This document shows positions 27,230 to 37,771 of a DNA stretch of 64,000 bases, piece after piece. Position 1 is the first letter of the stretch; each line of letters begins with the position of its first letter. Under the pieces are notes generated by a model that did no database searches, was not told the origin of the DNA, and saw nothing but the letters and a program-made list of their open reading frames with translations. The translations under genes and the position numbers were made by a program. Source of the DNA: Planctomycetota bacterium (GTDB taxonomy: Bacteria > Planctomycetota > GCA-002687715 > CAIWVZ01); the NCBI GenBank assembly GCA_044222185.1, contig JBGANV010000003.1:640001-704000 (forward strand), in the 5' to 3' direction.

Positions 27230-30200
27230 ATGACGGACGGCACCATCGACTACTTTCAGGCAGTCGCCGATTGCATCGACGACGACGCACGTTCGGTCGA
27301 GTGCGTCGTCCAAACTCTGCAGGCGTTGCTCAAGGAGGCAGGGGTTGTCGTGCCGGTGGTCGACCCGCTCCTCGAGTTCGCGAGCCTCGGCTGGCTAGGT
27401 CGCGGGTTCAGGAACGCGACGCGGCACGACGCGACGGCAGCCCAGGAAGCGCTTGGTGCGGTTGAGGAAGCGCTCAGGCTCCGGGAGTCGATTCCACGCC
27501 AACGCCAGAGCCCTGTGCCGCCGGAGGCCGGTGGTCTTCACGGTGCCGACGCGAGCGCACCCCAGGCTCAACGCCTGCCGCCACCCGTCAAACGCTCAAC
27601 ATCCTTCTATCTCGGCGCACGGACGATTCTCCAGACACTGCTGCACTCTGACCTGCCGGTTGACCGCAGTTCGCTGTTGCAGAGCTTACACGTTGCCGGC
27701 GTCGCGCTGATGCGACTCGAAACAACCGAGGCGGTTACCGAAGCCATTGCTACCTTTGAGGCCATCATCGAGGCTACCCCAAGAAGGAGGATGTGGCGCC
27801 CGATGTTCTTCGTAAGAGCCGCGGCCTTGGTCAACGTGAGTTGCGCGCTCAACCTTCTCGGCACACATACCGCAAGCCTCAGATCGATCTGCTTCGCATC
27901 CGAGGCCATCGAGGATCTCGACGCATCAGCCCCGGTGAATGACCTCCCCCGGCTCGAACTGCTCGTCCTTGCGCTGCTGAACAAGGGGACGGCGCTCATG
28001 GCGCGGGATGACGCTCCGTCAACGGCACAGGCGATCCGGGTCCTCGAGACGGCGGAGCAGTTCCTGTCATGCGCACGTCAGAAAACCACATCTCCCAGGT
28101 TGCGGCTTGCCCGTGGAATTGCACTGAACAACGTCGCCTTCGCCCTCATCAAGGAAGGATCCGGCGATTCCGTTCGGCGAGCCATCGAGGCGGTCAATCG
28201 CGCGCTTGGCGTCCTATCGGCCGAGGCGGAGCCCCGAACTCATGACACAGTCGTCGCGACCGCCACGGCGCTCGCGACCCGCTGTGGAGCCTTGGTTGCG
28301 CTCGGACCCGAGTTCGGACCTGATTCACTGCATGAAGCCTCGAACGCCGCGGCAGAGAGCATTGCAGTCCTCACGGAAGCCAGGCTCTCGCCGACTGTGC
28401 AGGCACAGTGTGCCCTCGCAAACGGTTGGCGACATAAGGCAGCGGCGCTCATAGCGCGCTGCCGGACTGGTGCCACGAACCTCGCCCAGGAGGCGTACGA
28501 CGCGGCCCAACAGGCCACTACCCTGAGCGCGACGCTCGCTGGTGACTCCGCCCTCACTCTGGAAGTCCTGATCGAGTCGGCTCGCTTGCAGTGCCAGGCG
28601 GCCGAACAACTCGCAGTCTCCGACCCAAGCGACTGCGAACGGTTGGTCGAAGCCATCCACAGGGCGCGCACCGCGCTCGCGTGTGTCCGCGAGGCCGAGC
28701 TTCGCGGCGTGCGGCGCTTCCGCATCGCGGCAGCGCGGCTTCTATCGGCCCTGGGAACGCTTGCCGCCGTGGCAGACCCCGAAGCAGCACTGGCCATGGT
28801 GCTCGACAACATTGACCCGCGGCGAAGTTCGGGTGCGATGCCCGAGACCTGGCAGATTCACGCTGCCGCTGACGAGACCGTCGTGCAAACGCGGAAGCAC
28901 CTCGCCCGACGCGCCGCAGCCAATCAGGACCCCGGAACAGCAAGGCAGATCGAATCTCAACTTGCCGACTCTGCCGATGTCGAAGCTCGGCTCGCCGAGC
29001 TCCGCCAAACGTATTTCGGCGAGGGCGTCGAAAGTACGCGACTGCTCGCGACGCACTACGAGCGGAGTGGCGATCTCGACGCTGCCCGCGAGTGCTGGGA
29101 AGAGATGGTCGCGTTTCATCCGACTGACATCGGCGGGTACATCGGGCTGGCTGAATGGCACGATTGCCACGGTTCTCGGGATCGTGCCCGTGAGTCATTG
29201 CGCAACGCGATCTCGAGGGTTCCGGAGTGCTTCTCACCGCGAAGAGGTTGCGAACGCGCTCAAACGGTAGAGCTCGTGGCTCGCTTGTGCCAGGAACTCA
29301 CCACCATTCACGTCCGAGCCTCGGTCCTTCCCGGACGCTCGCTCGAAGAAATCGATCGGTGTTTCGAGACCGCACGCGCCGAGCTCATCGGTCTCAAAGT
29401 CTGTGAAGGAGATCCTGTCGCCGCCCAGTGTGCCAGGGATGGCATCACGGCTGGGCTCGCGAACGTGGCCGAGCGCCGCAAGGCCTGGTTGCGTGATGTC
29501 GATGCGTCGAACAAGGCTGACCGGCGGTTGTCGGCCGAGCACGCGGTCACGACTTATGGAAACCTGGTCGAACCCGTACTCATGGCGCTGGCGAAGGACA
29601 TCCCACGAACATGGCAATGGGGCGTCGAGACGCTGAGAACCGCGAGGACCGCGCTCGTGCGACGCGTAGCTCAACTTAGGAGTGAAGGACATGACGACGA
29701 CTCCGTGATCGAAATGGCGGCTACCTCGCTCGAGCGCGTGCTCAGCCGGGTTGCTGAGAGCGTTCAGGCAGATGGTGCCGATGACGGCACGAAACAGTTC
29801 ATGGGCCTCGTCGGACCCGAGGTCTTCGAGCACATAGGCGCCGACGCGCGGCGCGAGTTGCTGTTTGCAGAACGGCTCGTCAGCGAACCAGATCTCGCCC
29901 CCTTTCGAGGTGTCGCTTTCGGCCGCACACTCGAGCGTGAGATGCTCGCAACCCTCTTCGAACCTTGTCGCGTGCGAGTTCGTGGGGAACACGAAGCATC
30001 AAGGTCGTGCGCGTTCCCGTTTGACGCGTCACATAGCCTCGAAACCAAGCTCGCGAACTTCTTCGCCGAGGCACATCCTCGTTGCTTGATCACGATCGGT
30101 GACATGGCGAGCTCTTTCGAGCTGGCGATTCTGCGTCAGCAGGATCTTCATCGACCGGCATTTCGAGTCATTCACGAAGAAGTTGTCCGAACTTTTGTGG

Positions 30201-30463
30201 ACCCACCGTCGCTCCTGGGCCTCGAGCACGAGGCCGCACGCATGCAATGCAGCAACCTCAGGTGTGTCGTTGAGCTGCGCAACCTATCCTGCCATGCCCA
30301 CGACCCCATCGCCTCGTCCGACGCCGACCGCGCGCGCGACGCACTGATAGGCCCGACGGGATTTCTTCCACTCTACGTCAAGGCGCGCACGATCCGGCAG
30401 GGTGCGCCCCAAACAACAGGGTCGGGACGTCCAGACCCAAGATCCAAGGAAGCGACGTCTTGA
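27230..30463 (+). CDS. Large TPR-like helical repeat protein with C-terminal HEPN-like domain
   Basis: Repeated A..NxG.AL / A.A...A.. helical units. C-terminal GRTLERE, TIGDM and LRNLSCH (RNxxxH, 30278-30295). Confidence 0.7.
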   Translation: MTDGTIDYFQAVADCIDDDARSVECVVQTLQALLKEAGVVVPVVDPLLEFASLGWLGRGFRNATRHDATAAQEALGAVEEALRLRESIPRQRQSPVPPEAGGLHGADASAPQAQRLPPPVKRSTSFYLGARTILQTLLHSDLPVDRSSLLQSLHVAGVALMRLETTEAVTEAIATFEAIIEATPRRRMWRPMFFVRAAALVNVSCALNLLGTHTASLRSICFASEAIEDLDASAPVNDLPRLELLVLALLNKGTALMARDDAPSTAQAIRVLETAEQFLSCARQKTTSPRLRLARGIALNNVAFALIKEGSGDSVRRAIEAVNRALGVLSAEAEPRTHDTVVATATALATRCGALVALGPEFGPDSLHEASNAAAESIAVLTEARLSPTVQAQCALANGWRHKAAALIARCRTGATNLAQEAYDAAQQATTLSATLAGDSALTLEVLIESARLQCQAAEQLAVSDPSDCERLVEAIHRARTALACVREAELRGVRRFRIAAARLLSALGTLAAVADPEAALAMVLDNIDPRRSSGAMPETWQIHAAADETVVQTRKHLARRAAANQDPGTARQIESQLADSADVEARLAELRQTYFGEGVESTRLLATHYERSGDLDAARECWEEMVAFHPTDIGGYIGLAEWHDCHGSRDRARESLRNAISRVPECFSPRRGCERAQTVELVARLCQELTTIHVRASVLPGRSLEEIDRCFETARAELIGLKVCEGDPVAAQCARDGITAGLANVAERRKAWLRDVDASNKADRRLSAEHAVTTYGNLVEPVLMALAKDIPRTWQWGVETLRTARTALVRRVAQLRSEGHDDDSVIEMAATSLERVLSRVAESVQADGADDGTKQFMGLVGPEVFEHIGADARRELLFAERLVSEPDLAPFRGVAFGRTLEREMLATLFEPCRVRVRGEHEASRSCAFPFDASHSLETKLANFFAEAHPRCLITIGDMASSFELAILRQQDLHRPAFRVIHEEVVRTFVDPPSLLGLEHEAARMQCSNLRCVVELRNLSCHAHDPIASSDADRARDALIGPTGFLPLYVKARTIRQGAPQTTGSGRPDPRSKEATS

Positions 30464-30654
30464 GGCGGCACTCCGGAACTGGCCGTCCATAGGAAGGAGC
30501 GCCTGACTCGCGCCGATCGTCACCTCTCGGTTGGCGAGAACGTCTGGCGGCCACTGCAAGTTTCGCGTCCGCGATAGGGGCCGACGACGGCGGAGCGCCG
30601 CTCCCGCCCTGCACTATCCGCTTCAAGGCGCGCGCGACCGTCCTGCCCGGGTCT

Positions 30655-32337
30655 TCAGTCATGGGTCCCGTCCCTCGTGTTCGTGTCACACGGATCCTGC
30701 GCGTGCGCTTGGCGCTTCTGGCCGAGAGGCAGCAGTGGGAACAGGAAGAACACCAGTAAGAAAACGCCGGGCAAGATGTAGAGGAGCCCGTGCTTGACGG
30801 CCTCGACCTCTCCGAAACAGAGATGGACCAGATGCGCCGCATAGAAGCTGATGATGAACCGCTCGAGCCGTGCGACATGGTCTTGCGTCTCGCGAGTCGC
30901 GCGGACGTTGTCGGCCATGTCCCGGCCGATGACGAGTTGCGTGTGGGCCAGAGCCTTCGTCTGCTCGAGGAGTGCCACCTGCCGAGTCGCCGCCTCGGCC
31001 GTCGCCCGACTGATCTCGGTCTGCCGCTGGTTCGTCCAACGTGCTTCGAAATCGGCCAGAGCGGCACGCGTGTCCGCCGCAACGGCACGGACGTCCAGCC
31101 CCTTCTGGCATGCTCGGAGATACCGGTGCAGCACGTTCCGCGTGCTGACACGATCGAAGTGACCATGCACCGACAGGTTGAGCAGGTCACCACGAAGCCG
31201 TAGCAACTCGCTCGCATTCGTATCGATGCCGGCGCCATGGCGATGGACGTCCTGAAGAATTCGACGCAGGACCAAGCTCTCGAGCTGAGTCACGAGCCAG
31301 GGCGAGAAGTACTTGATGAACCCACGAAGCGGGCGTTCGGCGTTGAAACTCGATTTCGATGCTCCTGCAACCACCGCGGGGTCATTGAACTCGGACTCGC
31401 GCTGATCAGTCATGATGTGCGCGGCGCCAAGAAGAGACACCGCGGCGGCATGCACGCGCGACAGCAACGCCACACGAACCGGAGCCTGAGCGTGGGACGC
31501 ACCGGGATGCGTGGCCTCCTCGATCTGTGCCAGCTTGAAGAGGGCCGCCTCGATGCCCGCGTCGGCGATGTCGCCGCTGTCACCCGCCGAGGCGCGCGCG
31601 ACGGCCACCGTGTAGACGGACAACTGCTCTTGCGTTCGTTCGAAGCGCAGCTCCGGAATGGCCCTGAGCGGCTTCGTCAAGGCGTCGATGATCTCCTTGA
31701 GATAAAACAACGAGCCAGGCTTTGCGGCGCACTGCAAGGGGTAGAGAGCGGGTGCTGTCCTCAGGCGGTCGCCGAGGCGCAATTCCGTTGCCTGCGAGAC
31801 TGAGAGAGTTCTGATCGCGCCGTGCTTGCGATCGGCGAGGCGCGAGAGCAGGTAGTTCGCCTGCACGCCGGCACTCGCTCGGAGCCCAAGGTCGATCTCC
31901 GTCTCGTTGGTCGGGGGCGCCGATCTGATGCACAGGTTGACACAAACGAGCCCGACGCCCTGATCCAGGAGAAAGACCTCCGCGAAGGGCAGCTTGCCGC
32001 CCTCGGGTGGGGTGACGATCACCGACCTGTTGTCGTGCAGCGCCAACTCGCCGGCCCGGAAGAGTCGCTGTTCGAGTTGAACGGATGTCCCCAGATACCG
32101 GCATCGACCGTTGGCGGCTCTGCAAAAGAGAAAGCGCGCGACGTGTCGCAGCATCTCCTCGATGTAGAGGCGGTGAGGCTTCCGCTTTGACCACAGTGGG
32201 TACGCCTCAATGCTCGAAGCGGTCGGCGCGGCGAAGTCGGCGGTCGCACCGCGCAACGCCTTCTCCGCGGCGTCGACAGAGTGGCGTTCGATCGAGAACG
32301 GAAACACGAACCGCGAGTACATCGAATCGAAGATCAT
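30655..32337 (-). CDS. CorA-like membrane protein (second copy)
   Basis: N-terminal SRFVFPF, EVFLLDQGVGLVCVNL, KYF..., FDRVST, coiled coil, then two C-terminal hydrophobic helices. No GMN motif. Confidence 0.7.
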   Translation of the reverse strand: MIFDSMYSRFVFPFSIERHSVDAAEKALRGATADFAAPTASSIEAYPLWSKRKPHRLYIEEMLRHVARFLFCRAANGRCRYLGTSVQLEQRLFRAGELALHDNRSVIVTPPEGGKLPFAEVFLLDQGVGLVCVNLCIRSAPPTNETEIDLGLRASAGVQANYLLSRLADRKHGAIRTLSVSQATELRLGDRLRTAPALYPLQCAAKPGSLFYLKEIIDALTKPLRAIPELRFERTQEQLSVYTVAVARASAGDSGDIADAGIEAALFKLAQIEEATHPGASHAQAPVRVALLSRVHAAAVSLLGAAHIMTDQRESEFNDPAVVAGASKSSFNAERPLRGFIKYFSPWLVTQLESLVLRRILQDVHRHGAGIDTNASELLRLRGDLLNLSVHGHFDRVSTRNVLHRYLRACQKGLDVRAVAADTRAALADFEARWTNQRQTEISRATAEAATRQVALLEQTKALAHTQLVIGRDMADNVRATRETQDHVARLERFIISFYAAHLVHLCFGEVEAVKHGLLYILPGVFLLVFFLFPLLPLGQKRQAHAQDPCDTNTRDGTHD

Positions 32338-32661
32338 CCCGTCCGCTCCCCTCTGTTGTAGAGGTCGGCCCAGCATACCCATGTGGAGGGAGCCTGCAAC
32401 GCCACCGGAATCGACGCTGGCGCGGCCTCCTTCAATGGCCGAACAAGCTATGAGTCGGTGACGAGGGGCAACCTGACACTTCGGCGATTGCGCGTGTGCG
32501 GGTCGGATCGCGTTTTCGCACCGCGGGTCGTGGCGATGACCCTCTGCGAACGCCGAATCCCGACGGCACATCACGAGCCGTCCCGCGTGAACTGTCAGGT
32601 CGGACCGAGGCTCCGCCTCATCTCCACAGAGAGTGGCGTTGTGCCACCAGGAGACTGCGAG

Positions 32662-34977
32662 ATGAGAACGATGTTCGCCATGCTGTACGTGGCCATGGTG
32701 ATGGTCATGAGCCCGTTCCTTTGCTCCCAGGAGACCAAGCCCGAATCGACCGTAGGAGCCGACGATTCGGCTCGCGCCGTCGAGACGGAGATCAACGACT
32801 GGACGATCGAGACCGCGGCCGCGCTCCAAAAACCAGGGTTCTCGCGCCAACTCCGCGCGCTCCTCGAAGTCATGAGCGTGCGCCCTGCGGGGTACACGAC
32901 AAACGCAGGCGAGTCGCGCATGGTATTCGACACCGTGCACGAGCGTAGTCCGTTGCGAAAGGTGCTCGATTCCCTCGGTCCACCTGTCGGAACGTGGGCG
33001 TCGAACCGCGACGCGATCGCGACGCTGGGAAAGAGAATCTCAGCACGACTGTCCCAGCTGAAAGCCGAATACGCCGGCGCCCCGCACGACGTGCGGGACG
33101 CGATCGAGGCTGATCGTCGCATCTTCGATTCGCTCGGGGAGGTGTTGCAGACGTACGACGCGATCAACTCGCTCCGCGTGTCCCACGGCCTCACGCCACT
33201 CTCGTGGCGCTGGCGGCGGGCGCGAGAAGCCGAAATGCTGCTGCGAAAGCGGCTCGCAGGCGATGGCGACGGCGCCGCGAGCCGGGCCGCGGCTGCGACG
33301 AGTGGTCAAGAAACGCGCCAGACGACGGTTCGCTTCGTCCGTTGGACGCAGATGGCACTCGCGGTCTCCGAGGGCATGGCTTCGGTCGATCTCCGGGCGG
33401 CGATCCTTGACGAGGCGGGCCGGTGGGTCGGAGTGGGAACCGTCCCGGCACAGGGAGATCCGCAGGTGATCATCGTCGAGCGAACGCCAGCATCGGCGGA
33501 ATCACGGCAAACGCTCCGGACGTCGCCGAGCGCGAATGCGAAGCGCGTGCCGGTGGCCGGTGCCGGGACTGACTCCAAGGGTTATCCGATCCTCGTACTC
33601 GGAGGCGACGCCGAGGAGCCAGGCTTCGACGCGCCGACAGCCACGGTGAGCGACGGGAAGAGCAAGATCCCTGTTCGTCTCGAGGGACTTCCGGTTTTTG
33701 ACTCGGATGGCGTGGCACGCCGCAAGCTCCTCGTCCTGACGCCGCATAGTCACCTGCCTGGCGGAGTACGCATTCACGTCGTCGTGGAGTGGACCAGCAA
33801 CAAGAATCGTCGATCGCTGTCGTGGTCGTTCCAGACTGCGGACCCGAGTATCGACGCACCCACTGAGAGGCTCGTCGCGAACGCCGACCATCCGCCATTT
33901 CTTGCGAACTACCTCAAGTTCTTCGCGGCCCAGGCCCAGGTCACCATCAATGAATTGGCAGCCGCGAAGTGCGATGGCGAGGCGCGTGCGCTTGCGCATC
34001 TGGCTGCAACTCACGATGTCGCACCCGCCGAGGCATTCGTCCAGCTGATTGCCTCGTCCCGCGGGTCGAAGTGGGAGTCCAGCGGAGGCCGAGCCACTGC
34101 GGCCCTCAAGCGGATGGGTGAGAAGGTCGCCAAGCAATTGACGGCCCTTCTCGCGGAGGCCAAGGATATTCCCGACGCGGACCGTCGCATGCTCTCCGTG
34201 GAACGCGACATGCTCGAGCACTTCGACCGGATCGTCGAGGCGTACGTGCGGCTGAACCGCCGGGTCGTCGATGCCGGTGCCCCAGAGGTCGGCTGGGTAT
34301 GGAAAGAGGCTCGAGGGGCGCGCCTCCACAGCCTCTACATGCAGCAGACCGGGACAATTGCGAGGGAGGACGCGACAAAACCAGGATTCACGCCGGAGGG
34401 ATCGGCAGCAGCCCTGGGATCGTGCCTGTCGCTCAATGATGCAGTGGGCGCTGTCGCGCAGATCTGGCGGAGCGCGAATTCGCGGCTCTTCATCCTTGGG
34501 ACACCGTGGAGGTTCGTCGGGATCGCGGACGTGACTGCGAGCGGCCAAACACAGGCGGCGACCTTTTCGTTCCGCGAGGCGATTCCATCAGACCCCTCCG
34601 CCGCGAAGCTTCTCCTGGTGCCTTCGTCCCACGCGACGGAAGTGCCGCTCTCCGGGGATGTCGTCGCCGATCCCACCGGCGCGAATCAGCGCGTCAACTG
34701 CGGCTTCCCGATCACCGTGACCGGTGCTTGCGGCTACGAACCCTTGAGCGGTGCCAATGCGACCCTAATGACAGCCAAGGGCTCAGTCTTCTGCACCTTG
34801 TGGACGCCCACGACCCCGGACGCGCCAGATTGGTTCAAAGCAAAGAACACGGTCATGCTCCTGCCAAAGGAGCCGTTGAAGCCGGCCACGCAGTACAAGG
34901 TCAATGTCTCATGGGAATCCGGGAATGGTGAACGCACCACCCGCGAGTTCACCTTCACGACGGCGCGGAGCGACTGA
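32662..34977 (+). CDS. Secreted protein with two CAP/SCP-like plus Ig-like modules
   Basis: Signal peptide; AGGAG RBS. The unit (AINSLR..GL.PL / LNRR...H..YM...GFTPEG; G[YF]PI.V; L.P...L....Y.V...W...F.T) occurs twice. Confidence 0.65.
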   Translation: MRTMFAMLYVAMVMVMSPFLCSQETKPESTVGADDSARAVETEINDWTIETAAALQKPGFSRQLRALLEVMSVRPAGYTTNAGESRMVFDTVHERSPLRKVLDSLGPPVGTWASNRDAIATLGKRISARLSQLKAEYAGAPHDVRDAIEADRRIFDSLGEVLQTYDAINSLRVSHGLTPLSWRWRRAREAEMLLRKRLAGDGDGAASRAAAATSGQETRQTTVRFVRWTQMALAVSEGMASVDLRAAILDEAGRWVGVGTVPAQGDPQVIIVERTPASAESRQTLRTSPSANAKRVPVAGAGTDSKGYPILVLGGDAEEPGFDAPTATVSDGKSKIPVRLEGLPVFDSDGVARRKLLVLTPHSHLPGGVRIHVVVEWTSNKNRRSLSWSFQTADPSIDAPTERLVANADHPPFLANYLKFFAAQAQVTINELAAAKCDGEARALAHLAATHDVAPAEAFVQLIASSRGSKWESSGGRATAALKRMGEKVAKQLTALLAEAKDIPDADRRMLSVERDMLEHFDRIVEAYVRLNRRVVDAGAPEVGWVWKEARGARLHSLYMQQTGTIAREDATKPGFTPEGSAAALGSCLSLNDAVGAVAQIWRSANSRLFILGTPWRFVGIADVTASGQTQAATFSFREAIPSDPSAAKLLLVPSSHATEVPLSGDVVADPTGANQRVNCGFPITVTGACGYEPLSGANATLMTAKGSVFCTLWTPTTPDAPDWFKAKNTVMLLPKEPLKPATQYKVNVSWESGNGERTTREFTFTTARSD

Positions 34978-35629
34978 TCCGCTGCCATAGGACCCCCCCC
35001 GGGGACGACGGCGCCCGCGCGGAATGCACGTGCGCGCGCTGGGATCTGAGATTGACATCGCCGCTCCCGCACCGTGTGGCCGCATGCGCACGGTTGCGGC
35101 CCGTCGCGACGGCGCCCAATGATCTTGCGTTCGAGGTGCCGAGTCGAACACTCCCACCACGACACCACATCCTGGCGCCGTCACGAGGGCAAAGAACGGG
35201 GTCGTCTTCATCAACGAGGTCGACGAACTTCGCCGGCAAGGGGCCGAAGGGCGCGTCACTCCACATCGTTTCACGAGTAGTCAGCTGCTCCCATGCGAAC
35301 GGGCCGAGCAGGTCAGCGTGGAGGCCTCACGAAGATGGATTGGAAGAAGATGGCTGGTTCCGCGCGCAAGTGGAGCCTTGCGTGCGAGCGTGAAAACGCA
35401 TCGAAGCGCAGTGCCGCGCCGAGGGTCGTCGAGGGACTCGTTTGGCGAAGAGCGCGATCGGGGCGCAGAGCCGGTCGGAAACACCTGCGATGTGGCGGCC
35501 GACACCGGATCCGATCCTGGCAGTCCAACCACGGAGAGCTCGAGCAGGGATCCCTCCGACAGCGTGGGCGCATGAGTTCCCCGGGTTCCGCGCGTCCGCA
35601 CGGCCTTCCCGGCCTCGACGGCCGCGCGA

Positions 35630-35785
35630 TGTCGCCCGATGATGAGGTGTGAGGCGTAAAGACCCTCGCACCGCAGAAGGGCGCCGACACCACCGGTCTC
35701 CCGCGCCGTCTCGGCATCGCGCAGGATCTTTCGCTTGTACTCGGCCGAGAACGTCCGACGGGCTGGATACGCGACGATTTCGATG
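35630..35785 (-). pseudogene. IS3-family transposase OrfA fragment
   Basis: RRTFSAEYKRKILRDAE...GGVGALLRCEGLYASHL is a typical OrfA helix-turn-helix segment. No integrase core nearby. Bounds approximate. Confidence 0.7.
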
Positions 35786-36208
35786 TAACGAGCTGATGGG
35801 TTTGTCGGCGAGGCCCGATAGGCCCCTGCGCTCCGGCCGTGCTTGCTACGCTCGCTCGTCCTCCGCTCCGGAGCCGATGGGGCCTCGGGCTTCTGGAAAC
35901 AACCGCCTGACTCGGTTGTCATTGCTGTTCAACACCTCATCGCCCTCCACAATAGACTCGGATGGGGTGGTGTCTCACGATCATTGGCACCGAGGACGAC
36001 CCCGCACGAGACGCGCGGATGCTCAACCGCCGGGTACCTTTGAAGGACACCGGCAGGGGGCGGCGACACCGCGTGACGGTCGGTTTCGACCGGGGCTTCA
36101 GCGGAGCAACTGGTTCGACGGTGCTGGAGCCCCGCCGCGCGCGATCTCGCATCGCCCGAGAGTCGCGGCGCCAGGAGTCGCTCGGCGGCCTCGTTACAAT
36201 CCCGCCCC

Positions 36209-37747
36209 ATGAAACTCGTCGAATGCGTGCCCAATTTCAGTGAAGGTCGTCGGCCCGAGGTCGTTCAGCAGATCGTCGATGCGGGCGCTGCCGTCCCAGG
36301 CGTGGCGATCCTCGGGCAGGAGATGGATCGGGATCACAACCGCTCCGTCGTCACCTTCGTCGGAACGCCCGACGCGGCGGTCGAAGCGGCCTTCCGGATG
36401 ACGGCGAAGGCCAAGGCGCTGATCGACCTCACGCAGCACCAGGGCGCCCACCCGCGCATGGGTGCGACGGACGTCATCCCATTCATCCCGCTCCAGGATC
36501 TGACGATGGACGACTGCGCGGCGCTTGCGCGCCGGCTCGGCGAACGCATCGGTCGCGAGTTGGAGATCCCCACCTACCTCTACGCACACGCGGCGGCGAA
36601 ACCCGAGCGCAAGCGCCTCCCCGACATCCGTCAGGGCGAGTTCGAAGGGCTTCGCGACCGCATCGGCACCGATCCGACGCGCACGCCGGACTTCGGCCCG
36701 AACCACATCCACCCGACGGCGGGCGCGACCGCGGTCGGCGCGCGGTTCTTCCTCATCGCCTACAACGTGAACCTGAAGACGGCGGATCCGACGCTCTCGC
36801 GCGACATCGCCCGCACGATCCGCGAGTCGGGATGGAAGGGCACGCCAGGGCTCTTCAAGGACCTTCAGGCCAGCGGCTTCGAACTGACGGAGCGCGGCCT
36901 GACCCAAGTGTCGATGAACCTCCTCGACTACCGCGTGACCGCCATCGAAGACGTGTTCGCCGAGATCGAGAAGCGGGCCACGGCCGCCGGCGTCGAGATC
37001 GCCGAGAGCGAGCTCGTCGGCCTCGTGCCTCGCGACGCGCTGCTCTCGAGCACGGCCAAGCGATTGAAGCTCGTGGGGTTCAAGCCGGAGCAGGTCATCG
37101 AGACGCACCTGGACCGCACGCGTGACGACATCTACCGATGCTTCGACCCGTTCATCGACGCGCTGCAAAGCGGCGCGCCCACGCCAGGCGGCGGATCGGC
37201 ATCGGCACTCGTGGGCTCGCTCGGCGCCGCGCTGGGCGCCATGGTCACGAACCTGACCATCGGCAAGAAGAAGTTCGCCGCGCACGAGGCCGAACTGGTG
37301 GCGATCCGCGCGCGCCTCGTCGCGGGCATCGACCGGCTGCGCAAGGGCGCGCGCGAGGACGCCGAGCTGTACGACGTCGTCATGGGCGCCTACAAGCTCG
37401 CGAAAGCGACGCCGGAAGAGGAGAAGGCTCGCGCCGCGGCGATCGAGGCGGCGTTGGTCAAGGCGGCGCGCGGCCCGCTCCACGTGATGGTGGATGCGGC
37501 TTCGCTGCTGCCTGACCTTCTGGTCGTCGCGCAGAAGGGCAATCCGAACGCGGCCTCGGACGCGGCCGTCGGCGCGCTGCTGATCCAGGCGTGCGTGCAC
37601 GGCGCCGCGTTCAACGTGTTGATCAACGTGAAGCAGCTCGCTGGCCATCCCGACGGGGCGCGTATGAAGTCCGAGTGCGAAGCCCTGCGCGCCAGGGTCG
37701 ACGTGAAGGCGCGCGCCGTGCTGTCGGCCGTGGAATCACAGCTCTGA
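36209..37747 (+). CDS. ftcD: Glutamate formimidoyltransferase-cyclodeaminase (bifunctional FTCD)
   Basis: MKLVECVPNFSEGR, DHNRSV and HQGAHPRMGATDVIPF; C-terminal PTPGGGSASAL and GNPNAASDA. Confidence 0.95.
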   Translation: MKLVECVPNFSEGRRPEVVQQIVDAGAAVPGVAILGQEMDRDHNRSVVTFVGTPDAAVEAAFRMTAKAKALIDLTQHQGAHPRMGATDVIPFIPLQDLTMDDCAALARRLGERIGRELEIPTYLYAHAAAKPERKRLPDIRQGEFEGLRDRIGTDPTRTPDFGPNHIHPTAGATAVGARFFLIAYNVNLKTADPTLSRDIARTIRESGWKGTPGLFKDLQASGFELTERGLTQVSMNLLDYRVTAIEDVFAEIEKRATAAGVEIAESELVGLVPRDALLSSTAKRLKLVGFKPEQVIETHLDRTRDDIYRCFDPFIDALQSGAPTPGGGSASALVGSLGAALGAMVTNLTIGKKKFAAHEAELVAIRARLVAGIDRLRKGAREDAELYDVVMGAYKLAKATPEEEKARAAAIEAALVKAARGPLHVMVDAASLLPDLLVVAQKGNPNAASDAAVGALLIQACVHGAAFNVLINVKQLAGHPDGARMKSECEALRARVDVKARAVLSAVESQL

Positions 37748-37771
37748 CGGCCGGCGGGCGCCCCCACTCGA

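Noticed and set aside
30378-30662. Short ORF MTEDPGRTVARALKRIVQGG overlapping the stop of the second CorA-like gene
   Set aside because: No recognisable motif, and it runs into the convergent gene; too little support.
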